Assembly: GCF_009914755.1 (NCBI RefSeq) | Contig: NC_060947.1 | Reading direction: 5' to 3' (one strand) | From: the human T2T-CHM13v2.0 reference genome, Homo sapiens | Length of the DNA stretch: 64,000 bases | Shown: positions 47,300 through 64,000 of the stretch, piece after piece | Numbering within the stretch: the first letter of the stretch is position 1 | How the letters are laid out: each line of letters opens with the position of its first letter | Notes under the pieces: generated by a model | What the model was told of the DNA's origin: nothing | Database searches by the model: none | What the model saw: the letters and a program-made list of their open reading frames with translations, nothing else | Translations under genes and position numbers: made by a program

Positions 47300-48420
47300 C
47301 TGGGAGGCGTTATGTGTCCAATTGACTGGGCTCTGAGGTGCCCAGATATTTGGCTAAACATGATTCTGGGTGTGTCTTTGAAGGTGATTCTAGGTGCTGT
47401 GATTTGGTCTTCCTAGGCTTTCGGACTGGAACTCACAGTACCAGCTTTCTTGGGTATGAGGCCTTCAGATTCACAGGGGAACTCACACCGTCAGCTCTCC
47501 TGGGTCTCAGGCCTTCAGACTAAGATGGGAACGCACACCCTCGACTCTCCTGGGTCTCAGGACTTCGGACTCAGACTGGAACTCACACTCTCAGCTCTCC
47601 TGAGTCTCAGGACTTCAGACTCACACTAGAACTCACACCCTCGGCTCTCCTGGGTCTCAGGCCTTCAGACTCACACTAGAACTCACACCCTCGGCTCTCC
47701 TGGGTCTCAGGCCTTCCGGAACTCAGACCCTCAGCCCTTCCGGGTCTCAGGACTTCAGACTCACACTAGAACTCACACCCTCGGCTCTCCTGGGTCTCTG
47801 GACTTCAGACTCAGACTGAAACTCACACACTCGGCTCTTCTGGGTCTCGGCCCTTCAGGAACTCAGACCCTCAGCCCTTCCAGGTCTCAGGACTTCAGAC
47901 TCACACTAGAACTCACACCCTCAGCTCTCCTGGGTCTCAGGCCTTCAGACTCAGACAGGAACTCACACCCTCAGCTCTCCTGGGTCTCAGGTCTTCACAC
48001 TCACACTGGACTCACACCCTCGGCTCTTCTGGGTCTCGGCCCTTCAGGAACTCAGACCCTCGGCTCTCCTGGGTCTCAGGACTTCAGACTCACACTGGAA
48101 TTCACACTCTTAGCTCTCCTGGGTCTCAGGCCTTCAGACTCAGACAGGAACTCACACCATCAGCTCTCCTGGGTCTCAGGCCTTCAGACTGGAACTCACA
48201 CCCTTGGCTCTCCTGAGACTCCGGCCTTCAGACTCAGACTGGAATCCACACCATTTGCTGTCCTGGGTCTCCAGCTTGCTGACCTTGTATCCTAAAGTTT
48301 CTAACACTTCATATTCACTTGAGTCAATTCCTTATTAGATAGATAGATAGATAGATACATACATACATACATACAGAATCTCTTGTTGGTCATGTTCCTC
48401 TGGAGACCCTGATTAATGCA
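47300..48420 (+). mobile_element. MLT2 (ERVL) LTR with an expanded internal 50/40-bp repeat, nested in L1MB-like sequence
   Basis: 'actcacaccctcggctctcctgggtctcaggccttcagac' ~17 times at 47410-48270; L1 flanks at ~47150-47290 and ~48420-48830. Confidence 0.8.
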
Positions 48421-48910
48421 TTCACAACAGCCAAAAGGTGGACCCAACCCCACACGCATCAGTGGTCATACGAATAAACACAATGTGGTAGATTCACACA
48501 GTGGAATATTACGCAGCCATGAAAAGGAACGAGGCTCTGATACAGGCTGCCGCGTGCATGAACGTTGAGGACACCATGCTCACTGAGAGGTGCCAGACAC
48601 AAAAGACCACACAGTGTTTCCTTCTGTGAAATTTCCAGAACAGGGAAATCCACAGAGAGGGAGAAAGTGGATTTGGGGTTGCTAGGGGCTGGGGAGGAAG
48701 AAAGGGGAGTGACTGCTTCATATTAGTTACAGGGTGTACTTTGGAGGACTATGGTGGTCTGGACCTAGACAGAGGTGATGGTTTCATAACCATCACCCAT
48801 GTACTAAACGCCTCTGAATTATACACTGAAAGAAAAAAAAAAAAAAAGGCCAGGCACGGTGGCTCACATCTGTAATCTCAACACTTTGGGAGGCCAAGGC
48901 GGGCAGATCA

Positions 48911-49297
<387 letters not shown>

Positions 49298-50281
49298 TCA
49301 CCTCAATGAAAAATAAAAATTAAAAGAGTATACTGATGGGGAAATAAGAGATTTAAAATTAAACACACCTGCTCCACTTCCCTCAACCCCAAGAACCGAG
49401 GCTGCCCGTCTCCTTTCCTTCGTGTTCTCCCTGCAGAGATGAGGCCGTAACAGAGAAGGCAGTTGTCACTGAGAAGGATCTCGTGGGCTGGAGGCGTTCA
49501 GCAGCGACGTTTTCCCGCTGTGATATCCCCATACCCCCTTCTTATTCTTGTGAGCCGAGCCATATCTTACGCTGGGCTTGATTCAAGACAAGTTCAGCTT
49601 GACAATTACAAAGGCAATGTTGGATGTTGTATTCGTGACAATGAGTGTTTCATAGGGTGAGACCGTCAGGCGCCTGGCGGTGACAGAATCACAGCGGATC
49701 ACGACCTCAGCTGACATTGTAGGATTTCCGCCTGCTCACCGAGTTATAAAGAGGAGTTTTGGGTGGAAGAAATCACCCTTTTTTCTTTTCTTCCTTCAGT
49801 CGGGCGTTTCTGGCAGCCAGGGACCTCTTGTGAATGAAAGAAACGCTTTCCAACAATTGCGCTGTGTGTCTGTGACAAAAAAGACTCTGGGAGAAAAAGC
49901 TTTGCAGTTGACGTGGGCGCGGAGCACGAGGGCAGGCTTTGAAAGACTTCCCCAGCACGTCGGCTTTGGGGAAGTTCCACGTCGGCTCACACATGGCATT
50001 TTGGAGACTACAGATCAATGACAGGGGACTGTGAAGGTCTTCCCTGCCAGAGTGCACTCTCTGTACAGGAAAGAGATCTCAAACCCCACGCCTGCAGGGA
50101 TGATGGCTGGGGAGGAGGAGGAGGTGTGCAAAGGAGAGTTGTAAGGTTGCAGACGTGCAGCGACATCTGGGTCCAGGAAGATTCCACACATCAGGGGACA
50201 GTCCTTTTGATCTGCAAGATAAAGTCAGTTCTACAAAGCTCAGGAACAGCGGAGGTCTTCACGGAAGCTTTCACTGTCCTA

Positions 50282-50872
<591 letters not shown>

Positions 50873-51168
50873 TGAGTAGCTACAATCACAGGCGTGCACA
50901 TGCCCAGCTAAGTTTTTCTAATTTTTTTTGTGGAGATGGGGTCTTGCTATGTTGCCCTGCCTGGTCTCAAACTCCTGGGGTCAAGCGATGCTCCTGCCTC
51001 AGCCTCTCAAAGTGCAGGAATTACAGGCATGAGCCACCGCAACCGGCCCTCTTAAATTTTTAATTCTGAGAAGCAAAGTCTAAGGTTTTGGAATTCTCAG
51101 CGTGCTGAGATGGCTCAATGTTACTTATTGGCCTGAGAGTGTCCCAGAAGGAATAAACAAAAATCTGA

Positions 51169-51638
<470 letters not shown>

Positions 51639-52124
51639 TGATCCTCCCGCCTTGGCCTCCCAACATGCTGGGATTACAGGCGTGAGGCACTGCGTCCGGC
51701 TAATTTCTGAATTTTTTTTTTAGTAGAGACTGGGTTTCACCGTGTTGGCCAGGCTGGTCTCGAACTCCTGGCCTCAAGCGATCCACACCCCACACCCCGG
51801 CCTCCCAAAGTGCTGGGATTACAGGCACGAGCCACCGCTCCCAGCCTCATTTTCTTACTCTACTAGATTTTACTCACAGGCGGGGCATGGGGGGAGTATG
51901 AATCATGTTAAGTAGATACCTTGTGTAAAGGTTCAGCTGAGAAAAGTGAGAAGTGGGCCCTGGTTTGGTTTAAGGAAACAGGTCTGGTTGGTGCAAGGCT
52001 GTTAGTGGTGGCTTTTGCGTTCACTCTGACAGCGGTTCTATGGTCCAACGTGGACGCCATTGTTTGCAGCTTGGAGTACGCGTGATGCTCTGTCAGGATT
52101 CACTGGCTCTCTGCCTTTGATGTC

Positions 52125-52977
<853 letters not shown>

Positions 52978-53152
52978 CTTTACCATCCACATGGAAGGGA
53001 CTGGATGGACCATCAGCCCAAATGCCTGGCCCAGAGATCTCATCCAAGTCCCAAAAGAGCCAGAACTGAAGAGCTTTCAGTTGTGAAGGACAGAAAGGTA
53101 GTTCTATGGGGAGGAAGAAATGACAGATGTGTTCCCTTATCAATACCCACTA

Positions 53153-53278
<126 letters not shown>

Positions 53279-53353
53279 TCATGAGGTCAGGAGATGGAGA
53301 CCATCCCGGCTAACACGGTGAAACCCCATCTCTACTAAAAATAAAAAAAATCA

Positions 53354-53581
<228 letters not shown>

Positions 53582-53612
53582 TTAAATCCTCAGTAAAACA
53601 ACTCACTGCAAA

Positions 53613-54196
<584 letters not shown>

Positions 54197-54208
54197 GACT
54201 TAAATCTA

Positions 54209-54617
<409 letters not shown>

Positions 54618-54646
54618 TCACCGTTAAAAAGACGGAAATGCTAACA

Positions 54647-55644
54647 TGTATTAGTCAAGTTTCTCTAAAGAGACAGGACTAATAAAATAGATGAATATAT
54701 GCAGGGCAGTTTGTGAGGTCTCTGAGCCCAAGCCAAGCCATCGCATCCCCTGTGACTTGCACGTATATGCCCAGGTGGCCTGAAGTAACTGAAGAATCAC
54801 AAAAGAAGTGAAAATGTCCTGCCCTGCCTTAACTGATGACATTCCACCACAAAAGAAGTGAAAATGGCCGGTCCTTAAGTGATGACATTACCTTGTGAAA
54901 ATCCTTTTCCTGGCCCATCCTGGCTCAGAAAGTTCCCCCACTGAGCACCTTGCAACCTCCACTCCTGCCCGCCAGAGAACAAACCCCCTTTGACAGTAAT
55001 TTTCCTTTATCTACCCAAATCCTATAAAAGAGCCCCACCCTTATCTCCCTCCCCTGACTCTGTTTTCGGACTCAGCCCGCCTGCACGCAGGTGATTAAAA
55101 GTTTTATTGCTCACACAAAGCCTGTTTGGTGGTCTCCACACGGACGTACATGAAAGAGTTTATCGGAAGAATTAGCTCACACGATCACAAGGTAAAGCCC
55201 TACAATAGCCCGTCTACAAGCTGAGGAGGCAGGAAGCCAGTCTGAGTCCCAAAACCTCAAAAGTAGGGAAGCTGACATGGCAGCCTTCAGTCTGTGGCCG
55301 AAAGCTCAAGAGTCCCTGGTAAAACCACTGGTGTCAGTCCAAGAGTCCAAAAGGCGAAGAGCTTGAAGTCTGAGTTTCAATGGCAGGAAGTGTCCAGCAC
55401 AGGAGAAAGATGGAGGCTGGAAGATACAGCCAGTCTAGTCCTTGCACGCTCCTTTGCCTGCTTTATTCTAGCTGCGGTGGCAGCAGATGAGAGGGTGCCC
55501 ACCCAGCTTGAGGGTGGCTGTGCCTCTCCCAGTCCACTGACTCAAATGTTATTCTCCTTTGGCAACACCCTCACAGATACACCCAGGAACAATACTTTGC
55601 ATCCTTCCGTTCAATCAAGTTGACGCTCAGTATTAACCATCGCA
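54647..55644 (-). mobile_element. MLT2A/B (ERVL) solo LTR within an L1MB-like element
   Basis: 'tgtattagtc...ttaaccatcgca'; TSD TAACA at 54642-54646 and 55645-55649. Confidence 0.88.
54712..55155 (+). mobile_element. Solo LTR7 (HERV-H LTR)
   Basis: 'ctctgagcccaagccaagccatcgcatcccctgtgac...cacaaaagaagtgaaaatg...cctataaaa...gattaaaa...catgaaa'; TSD cagtt/gagtt. Confidence 0.92.
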
Positions 55645-55889
55645 TAACACCTGCTCCAACACGGATGGACCTTTGAGAACATGACGCTGAGAGAAAGAAG
55701 CCAGATGCAAAAAGACAAATACTCTAGGATTCCACTTATATGAGGTCCCTAGAGTCGTCAAATTTGTAGACACGGAAAATAGAGTCGTGGGTGCCGGGGG
55801 CTTGGGGAGGGAGAAAAGGGGACAGAGTTTCAGTTTTGCAAGACGGGAAACGTCAAAAAGATTTTTTGCATAAAAAGGGAAAAGACTTA

Positions 55890-56236
<347 letters not shown>

Positions 56237-57129
56237 TCAAGATGGTAAATTTTATGTCTCATGTGGGGTTTTTTTAACCTCAATCAAAAATTATGGAAAC
56301 AAGATAAATACCAAAATTATATTTATAGGGTTTATACGGTTGTGACCCAAACAGTGGAATTTGTAGGGTTGTGACCCAGGGGGCTAATATTCATAGGGTT
56401 ATGACCCGTAGGGCTGGATTTGTAGGGTTGTGACTCATAGGGGTGGATTTGTCCAATGAAAGTCAAAGACTGTGGGAAAACTGATTCCTCTGTTTACACC
56501 TGGGTAATGATTGAACCAGCCCACTCCACGCTAGGCTGCGTTCTGCCATGTTCATTTCTCTCAATGCATGAGGTTACTCATGTTGAGCATCGGGCAATCT
56601 TCACGCAGAGATTGCTTTTCGCTCCTTCCTCTCTCTTTGGCAATTCTCTTTCCATCGTGCAGTGAAACACTGGGGAACTTTATTTGCCATGTTTTTATGA
56701 GTGGTACTCAGGTTTTATGAGAGTCCCACAACCTTCCTGACATATGTCTTTCTGCTTTCAGACACCCATTTTTGGCATCCTTTTTTTTTTAACGTTAATT
56801 CACTTGGTATTCAAAAGTATGTCTCAAACTCAGGGTTGTTTCGATTTAATTTGAATTTTGCCTCCAGGTGCCATGGGAGACCCCCGGGCTGCTCCTGGGG
56901 CGCTGTGAACGTGTGACGTGGGGAGGGAAACGAACTCCGTGTGCCAAGCCCTCCGGGTACGTAAAGCTTAGAGGAGCTAAGACCTGGTGATGGGCTTCAT
57001 GGTGCCTTTGGAGGAAGCCCTTTGGGGAATGTGATATGTCCCTTTGAGCCAAAGAGAGTCTAAGGATTTGTGTTCTGCTCCAAGGAGTAGGTAGAGTTTG
57101 GGGGAGGGATTTGCTGAAAAGGGGAGCCA

Positions 57130-59780
57130 TAGGGCTGGGACCTATAGCTGTAGGAATTATAGGCTGAGATCCACAGCTCTCTGGCATATAGATGGCTCGA
57201 TCTGTGGGGCTAAGAGTTGTAGGGTTATGACCCATAGAGCTGGATTAGTAGGGTCGTAACCCATGGTACTGGGACTCATAGGGTTATAACCCAAAGGGAT
57301 GGATTCGTAGGGTTGTGACTCAGAAGGCTGAATTTGTCGAGTTGTGACCCAGAGGGCTAGAATTTGTAGGGTTGTGGCCCAAAGGGCTGAGATTTGTAGG
57401 ATTATGAGCTACAGGGCTAGATTCCTAGGGTTCTGACCCATGGGGCTGGGATTGATAGGGTTGACACCCAAAGGGCTGAATTCATAGGGTCGTGACTCAT
57501 TGTGCTGGATTTGCTGGGTTTTGACTCAGAGGGCTAAGAGTTGCAGGATTATGCCCTAGAAAGCTAGATTGATTGGGTTGTGACCCATGGGGCTGGGATT
57601 CATAGGGTTGTGACCCAAATGGCTGCACTTGTAGATTTGTGACCCAGAAGGCTACAATTCATAGGGTTGTGACACAGAGGGCTAAGAGTTGTAGGGTTAT
57701 GACGCATAGAGTTAGATTTGTATGGCTTTAGCCCATGGGGCTGGGATTCATAGGGTTGTCACCCAAAGGGCTGAATTCATAGGGTTGTGACTCATAGGGC
57801 TGGATTTGCTGGGTTTTGACTCAGAGGGCTAAGAGTTGTAGGATTATGCCCTAGAAAGCTAGATTGATTGGGTTGTGACCCATGGGGCTGGGATTCATAG
57901 GGTTGTGACCCAAATGGCTGCACTTGTAGATTTGTGACCCAGAAGGCTACAATTCATAGGGTTGTGACACAGAGGGCTAAGAGTTGTAGGGTTATGATGC
58001 ATAGAGTTAGATTTGTATGGCTTTGGTCCATGGGGCTGGGATTCATAGGGTTGTCACCCAAAGGGCTGAATTCATAGGGTTGTGACTCATAGGGCTGGAT
58101 TTGCTGAGTTTTGACTCAGAGGGCTAAGAGTTGCAGGATTATGCCCTAGAAAGCTAGATTGATTGGGTTGTGACCCATGGGGCTGGGATATATAGGGTTG
58201 TGACCCAAATGGCTGGACTTGTAGATTTGTGACCCAGAAGGCTACAATTCATAGGGTTGTGACACAGAGGGCTAAGAGTTGTAGGGTTATGACGCATAGA
58301 GTTAGATTTGTATGGCTTTAGCCCATGGGGCTGGGATTCATAGGGGTGTCACCCAAAGGGCTGAATTCGTAGGATTGTGACTCATAGGGCTGGATTTGCT
58401 GAGTTTTGACTCAGAGGGCTAAGAGTTGCAGGATTATGCCCTAGAAAGCTAGATTGATTGGGTTGTGACCCATGGGGCTGGGATATATAGGGTTGTGACC
58501 CAAATGGCTGGACTTGTAGATTTGTGACCCAGAAGGCTACAATTCATAGGGTTGTGACACAGAGGGCTAAGAGTTGTAGGGTTATGACGCATAGAGTTAG
58601 ATTTGTATGGCTTTAGCCCATGGGGCTGGGATTCATAGGGGTGTCACCCAAAGGGCTGAATTCATAGGGTTGTGACTCATAGGGCTGGATTTGCTGAGTT
58701 TTGACTCAGAGGGCTAAGAGTTGCAGGATTATGCCCTAGAAAGCTAGATTGATTGGGTTGTGACCCATGGGGCTGGGATTCATAGGGTTGTGACCCAAAT
58801 GGCTGGACTTGTAGATTTGTGACCCAGAAGGCTACAATTCATAGGGTTGTGACACAGAGGGCTAAGAGTTGTAGGGTTATGATGCATAGAGTTAGATTTG
58901 TATGGCTTTGGTCCATGGGGCTGGGATTCATAGGGTTGTCACCCAAAGGGCTGAATTCATAGGGTTGTGACTCATAGGGCTGGATTTGCTGAGTTTTGAC
59001 TCAGAGGGCTAAGAGTTGCAGGATTATGCCCTAGAAAGCTAGATTGATTGGGTTGTGACCCATGGGGCTGGGATATATAGGGTTGTGACCCAAATGGCTG
59101 GACTTGTAGATTTGTGACCCAGAAGGCTACAATTCATAGGGTTGTGACACAGAGGGCTAAGAGTTGTAGGGTTATGACGCATAGAGTTAGATTTGTATGG
59201 CTTTGGCCCATGGGGCTGGGATTCATAGGGTTGTCACCCAAAGGGCTGAATTCGTAGGGTTGTGACTCATAGGGCTGGATTTGCTGAGTTGTGACTCAGA
59301 GGACTTAGAGGTGTAGGGTCATGCCCCATTGAGCTAGATTCATAGGGTTGTGATCCAAGGGACTGAATTCATAGGGTTGTGACTCATAGTGCTGGATTTG
59401 CTGAGTTGTGATTCAGAGGGCTAAGAGTTGTAGGATTATGACCCATAGGGCTGGATTCGTATGGTTGTGACCCATGGGGCTGGGATTCATAGGGCTGGCA
59501 TCTATAGAGTTGTATTCATAGGGTTGGAATTCAGTGAATGGAGCTGATTAGGGCTCGGTCATATTTGCTTGATTTTATAAGGCTAGAACTCATAAGTCTG
59601 GGGTCTGTAGAGTTGGGAATTTTAGGGCTGGACTCTACAGGGTTGGAATCCGTACTGCTAGGACATGTATTGGTGTGTCTCATATAAATGGATTTCATGA
59701 GGTTGATATCATACATTGAACCCCTTAGGGTTGATATCCCTGAGTCTGAAAAGTATAGGGTTGTGACTCATGGGGATTAC
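57130..59780. repeat. 29-30-bp minisatellite with a 295-bp 10-mer higher-order repeat core (~6.5 copies, ~57420-59330)
   Basis: 'atgccctagaaagctag' at 57551, 57846, 58141, 58436, 58731, 59026; outlying monomers at 56320-56450. Confidence 0.95.
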
Positions 59781-60305
59781 AGGCGTAGAATGGGTTTTAA
59801 ACTGGACCACGAGTCATTTGAGTGATGCAGAGAAGAGCTCATAGCTGCAGCGGCTGGTGAGGGGGTGGGTTGGTGGGCATTAGTGTTCTGCTGGTGTCTT
59901 CTTCTTTCACATTCTCAATGTCAGAGGAGGGTATCAGGTGAGGTTGGAGGAGATGTTGGAGGCTGGCAGGGGAAACAAAAAATGTCTGATACTCCTGGAG
60001 GAGAGGAGAATGAATAGAAGAAAATATATGTATCATGGTTCTGGCCAGCAAGAAGCAGACCGTAAGGTTGGCTGCCATTGATTTGAAGTGAGACTCCTGG
60101 TTGGGTGCCATTGAAGTGAAGCTATTGGGGGTGCCCACAGGATATTCATGAGTTACATTGAGCCCTAGAGGTGTAGGCTAGGAGTGGGTTGAGATTTGGG
60201 TCATTCCAGAAATGTGCTTCATTTCTGGAGCAAGTAAAACAAAGCAAGCGTGGGCGCGCGTTGAGAATCTGTGCGAGAAAATGATGGTGGCTATTGTCCA
60301 CATGA

Positions 60306-61360
<1,055 letters not shown>

Positions 61361-62449
61361 GGGTTGAGGAATTCCATAGGTTTTTAGGGTTGAGCAAATG
61401 CATACCTTTCATCAGATCCTCAAACAGCCTTGTCAAACCTGACTCCTCTTCCTATAACTTGTGGTGGACGAATATTACAAAAGAAAAGAAAACTTTGGTC
61501 TTGGCCAGGCGCGGTGGCTCACACCTGTAATCCCAGCACTTTGGGTAGCCGAGGGGGGCGGATCATGAAGTCAGGAGTTCGAGACCAGCCTGACCAACAT
61601 GGTGAAACCCCATCTCTACTAAAAATACAAAAAAATCAGCCAGGTGTGGTGGTGGGCGCCTGTAATCCCAGCTACTCGGGAGGTCGAGGCACGAGAATCA
61701 CTGGAACCCGGGAGGCGGAGGTTTCAGTGAGCCGAGATTGTGCCATTGCCCTCCAGCTTAGGCAATGAGAGCAAAACTCTGCCTCAATTAAAAAAAAAAT
61801 TAGTCTTATAGAGCACCAAAGACCAACCCTAAACAATGAGATGCAATGTGGCAAAGTCAACCTTTGGAGAGCAAAGGATGCTATGAGCAGAATAGTATTA
61901 CTGTAAATAAATAGCCACAGAGAAGCTGGTGGAGGCTCATCCAAGTCATCTTCATTCATTGCCTGAAATGTGGGTGTTTGTCTGTTTGCCAGATAACTCC
62001 GGCCAGAAATAATTTTGCATAAATAGCATTGATCTTCCAGGACCTCCCTTTGGGCTGAGTTTAGTGCAAAAGTCGCTGATGTTTTCACTTCCTTTGGTGG
62101 GGACTTATTCAAGCTCAGTGAATCTCCTTAAATAATAACCTGTAGCCGGTTCCTAGAAGCCTCCTTTCCTCCTTTTCGTCCTTTCCTGGAGAGACTGGAT
62201 CCTCAGCCATTACATGAAGATACCATCACTGAAGGCATCTCGTTGGTGCCCTGTTGGGTGGATTTTTCTTGATACGGAAGTCCAGGCCATGTCTCTCTCA
62301 GGAATTCTGCCTCTGTGAGTGAGTGCTCATTCCAATGGGTAGCTGGGATCCCACAACTTTGCACTTTGCCTTATGTGTTGATACTGTTGACTGAGTTCAA
62401 ACCTGCATGCTGGAAAGAATGAGGTTTAAACCGGGCCATTTTGTCTATG

Positions 62450-63060
62450 CTAGTGATATAAAAATGACATGCTCTGGAAAATAGTTTGGCAGTTTCTTTT
62501 AAAAGTAGACATTGAGCAATCACCTGACTGTTGCACTCCTGGGTAGTTAGCCCAGAGAAATGAAGACTTTTGCTCACACAAAAACCTTTACGTCATGTTT
62601 GTAACAGATTGGTTTGTAATACTCAAAAACTGGAAACAATTTAGATGTCCTTCATCAGCTGAGTAGGTAAACAAACTGTGATACATCTCTACCAGAGAAT
62701 ACTATCTGATAACAAAAAAGAACAGATTATTAACATATGCAACAACCTGGGTGAATCTCCAGGGAATTATGTCAAGTGAAAAAGTAGCATTCTATGTAAT
62801 TCTATGTATGTAGCATTCTTGACCTGGTAAAATTATAGAAATGGAAAACAGATTAGTTGTTGCCAGGGATTAAGGAGGGAGTGGGGGCAGAAGGGAAGTG
62901 GGTATGGCTACAAATAGGCAACAGCAAGGATTCTTGTAGTGATAGAAATGTTTTGTATCTTGGCTATATCAATGTCAATATATGGGTTTGATATTGTACT
63001 ATCAAGATGTTACCACTGCAAGATGTTACCACTGAGGGAAACTCAGTAAAGAGTATATGA
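62450..63060 (+). mobile_element. Old L1 (L1MC/MD-like) 3' region
   Basis: 'ctctggaaaatagtttggcagtttctt...aactggaaacaa...gaatctccagggaattatg...gatgttaccact'. Confidence 0.75.
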
Positions 63061-63223
63061 GAAAACATAAAAATAATAATAAAGGCAGACATTGCTACCT
63101 AGGGAGAAGGTTGAAACTCACAGAAGGGGATGGGGACATCTCTGGGGACCATTATCTCTGCAGTAAGAGAGAAAAATAGGTTGGGCATGGATCATGGTGG
63201 ATCAGGTGGATCACCTGAGGTCA

Positions 63224-64000
<777 letters not shown>

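Overview
Primate (very probably human) non-coding DNA, with no credible protein-coding gene; the listed ORFs come from Alu, L1 or simple repeats. It is extremely Alu-dense and contains old L1 3' ends, MaLR/ERVL elements and solo LTRs (LTR17/HERV-W, LTR7/HERV-H, MER41A-type, LTR26-like, THE1). The mix of repeats suggests a distal, high-recombination region such as PAR1 (inference, unverified). The main feature is a 6.8-kb array of 26 near-identical 263-bp units (15372-22209). Each unit is a tail-less Alu with an intact B box followed by its own T4/T5 runs, the layout of a tandem Pol III gene array, and the variants show higher-order patterning. Transposon fragments have also been amplified into tandem arrays at several other sites (L1 ~135 bp, Alu-arm 134 bp, MLT2 50/40 bp, MLT1-like 95 bp). 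There is also a 295-bp higher-order minisatellite, an octamer-motif VNTR and several repeat-free islands that look like conserved enhancers. Repeat family names come from recalled consensus sequences and need RepeatMasker confirmation; coordinates were counted by hand.
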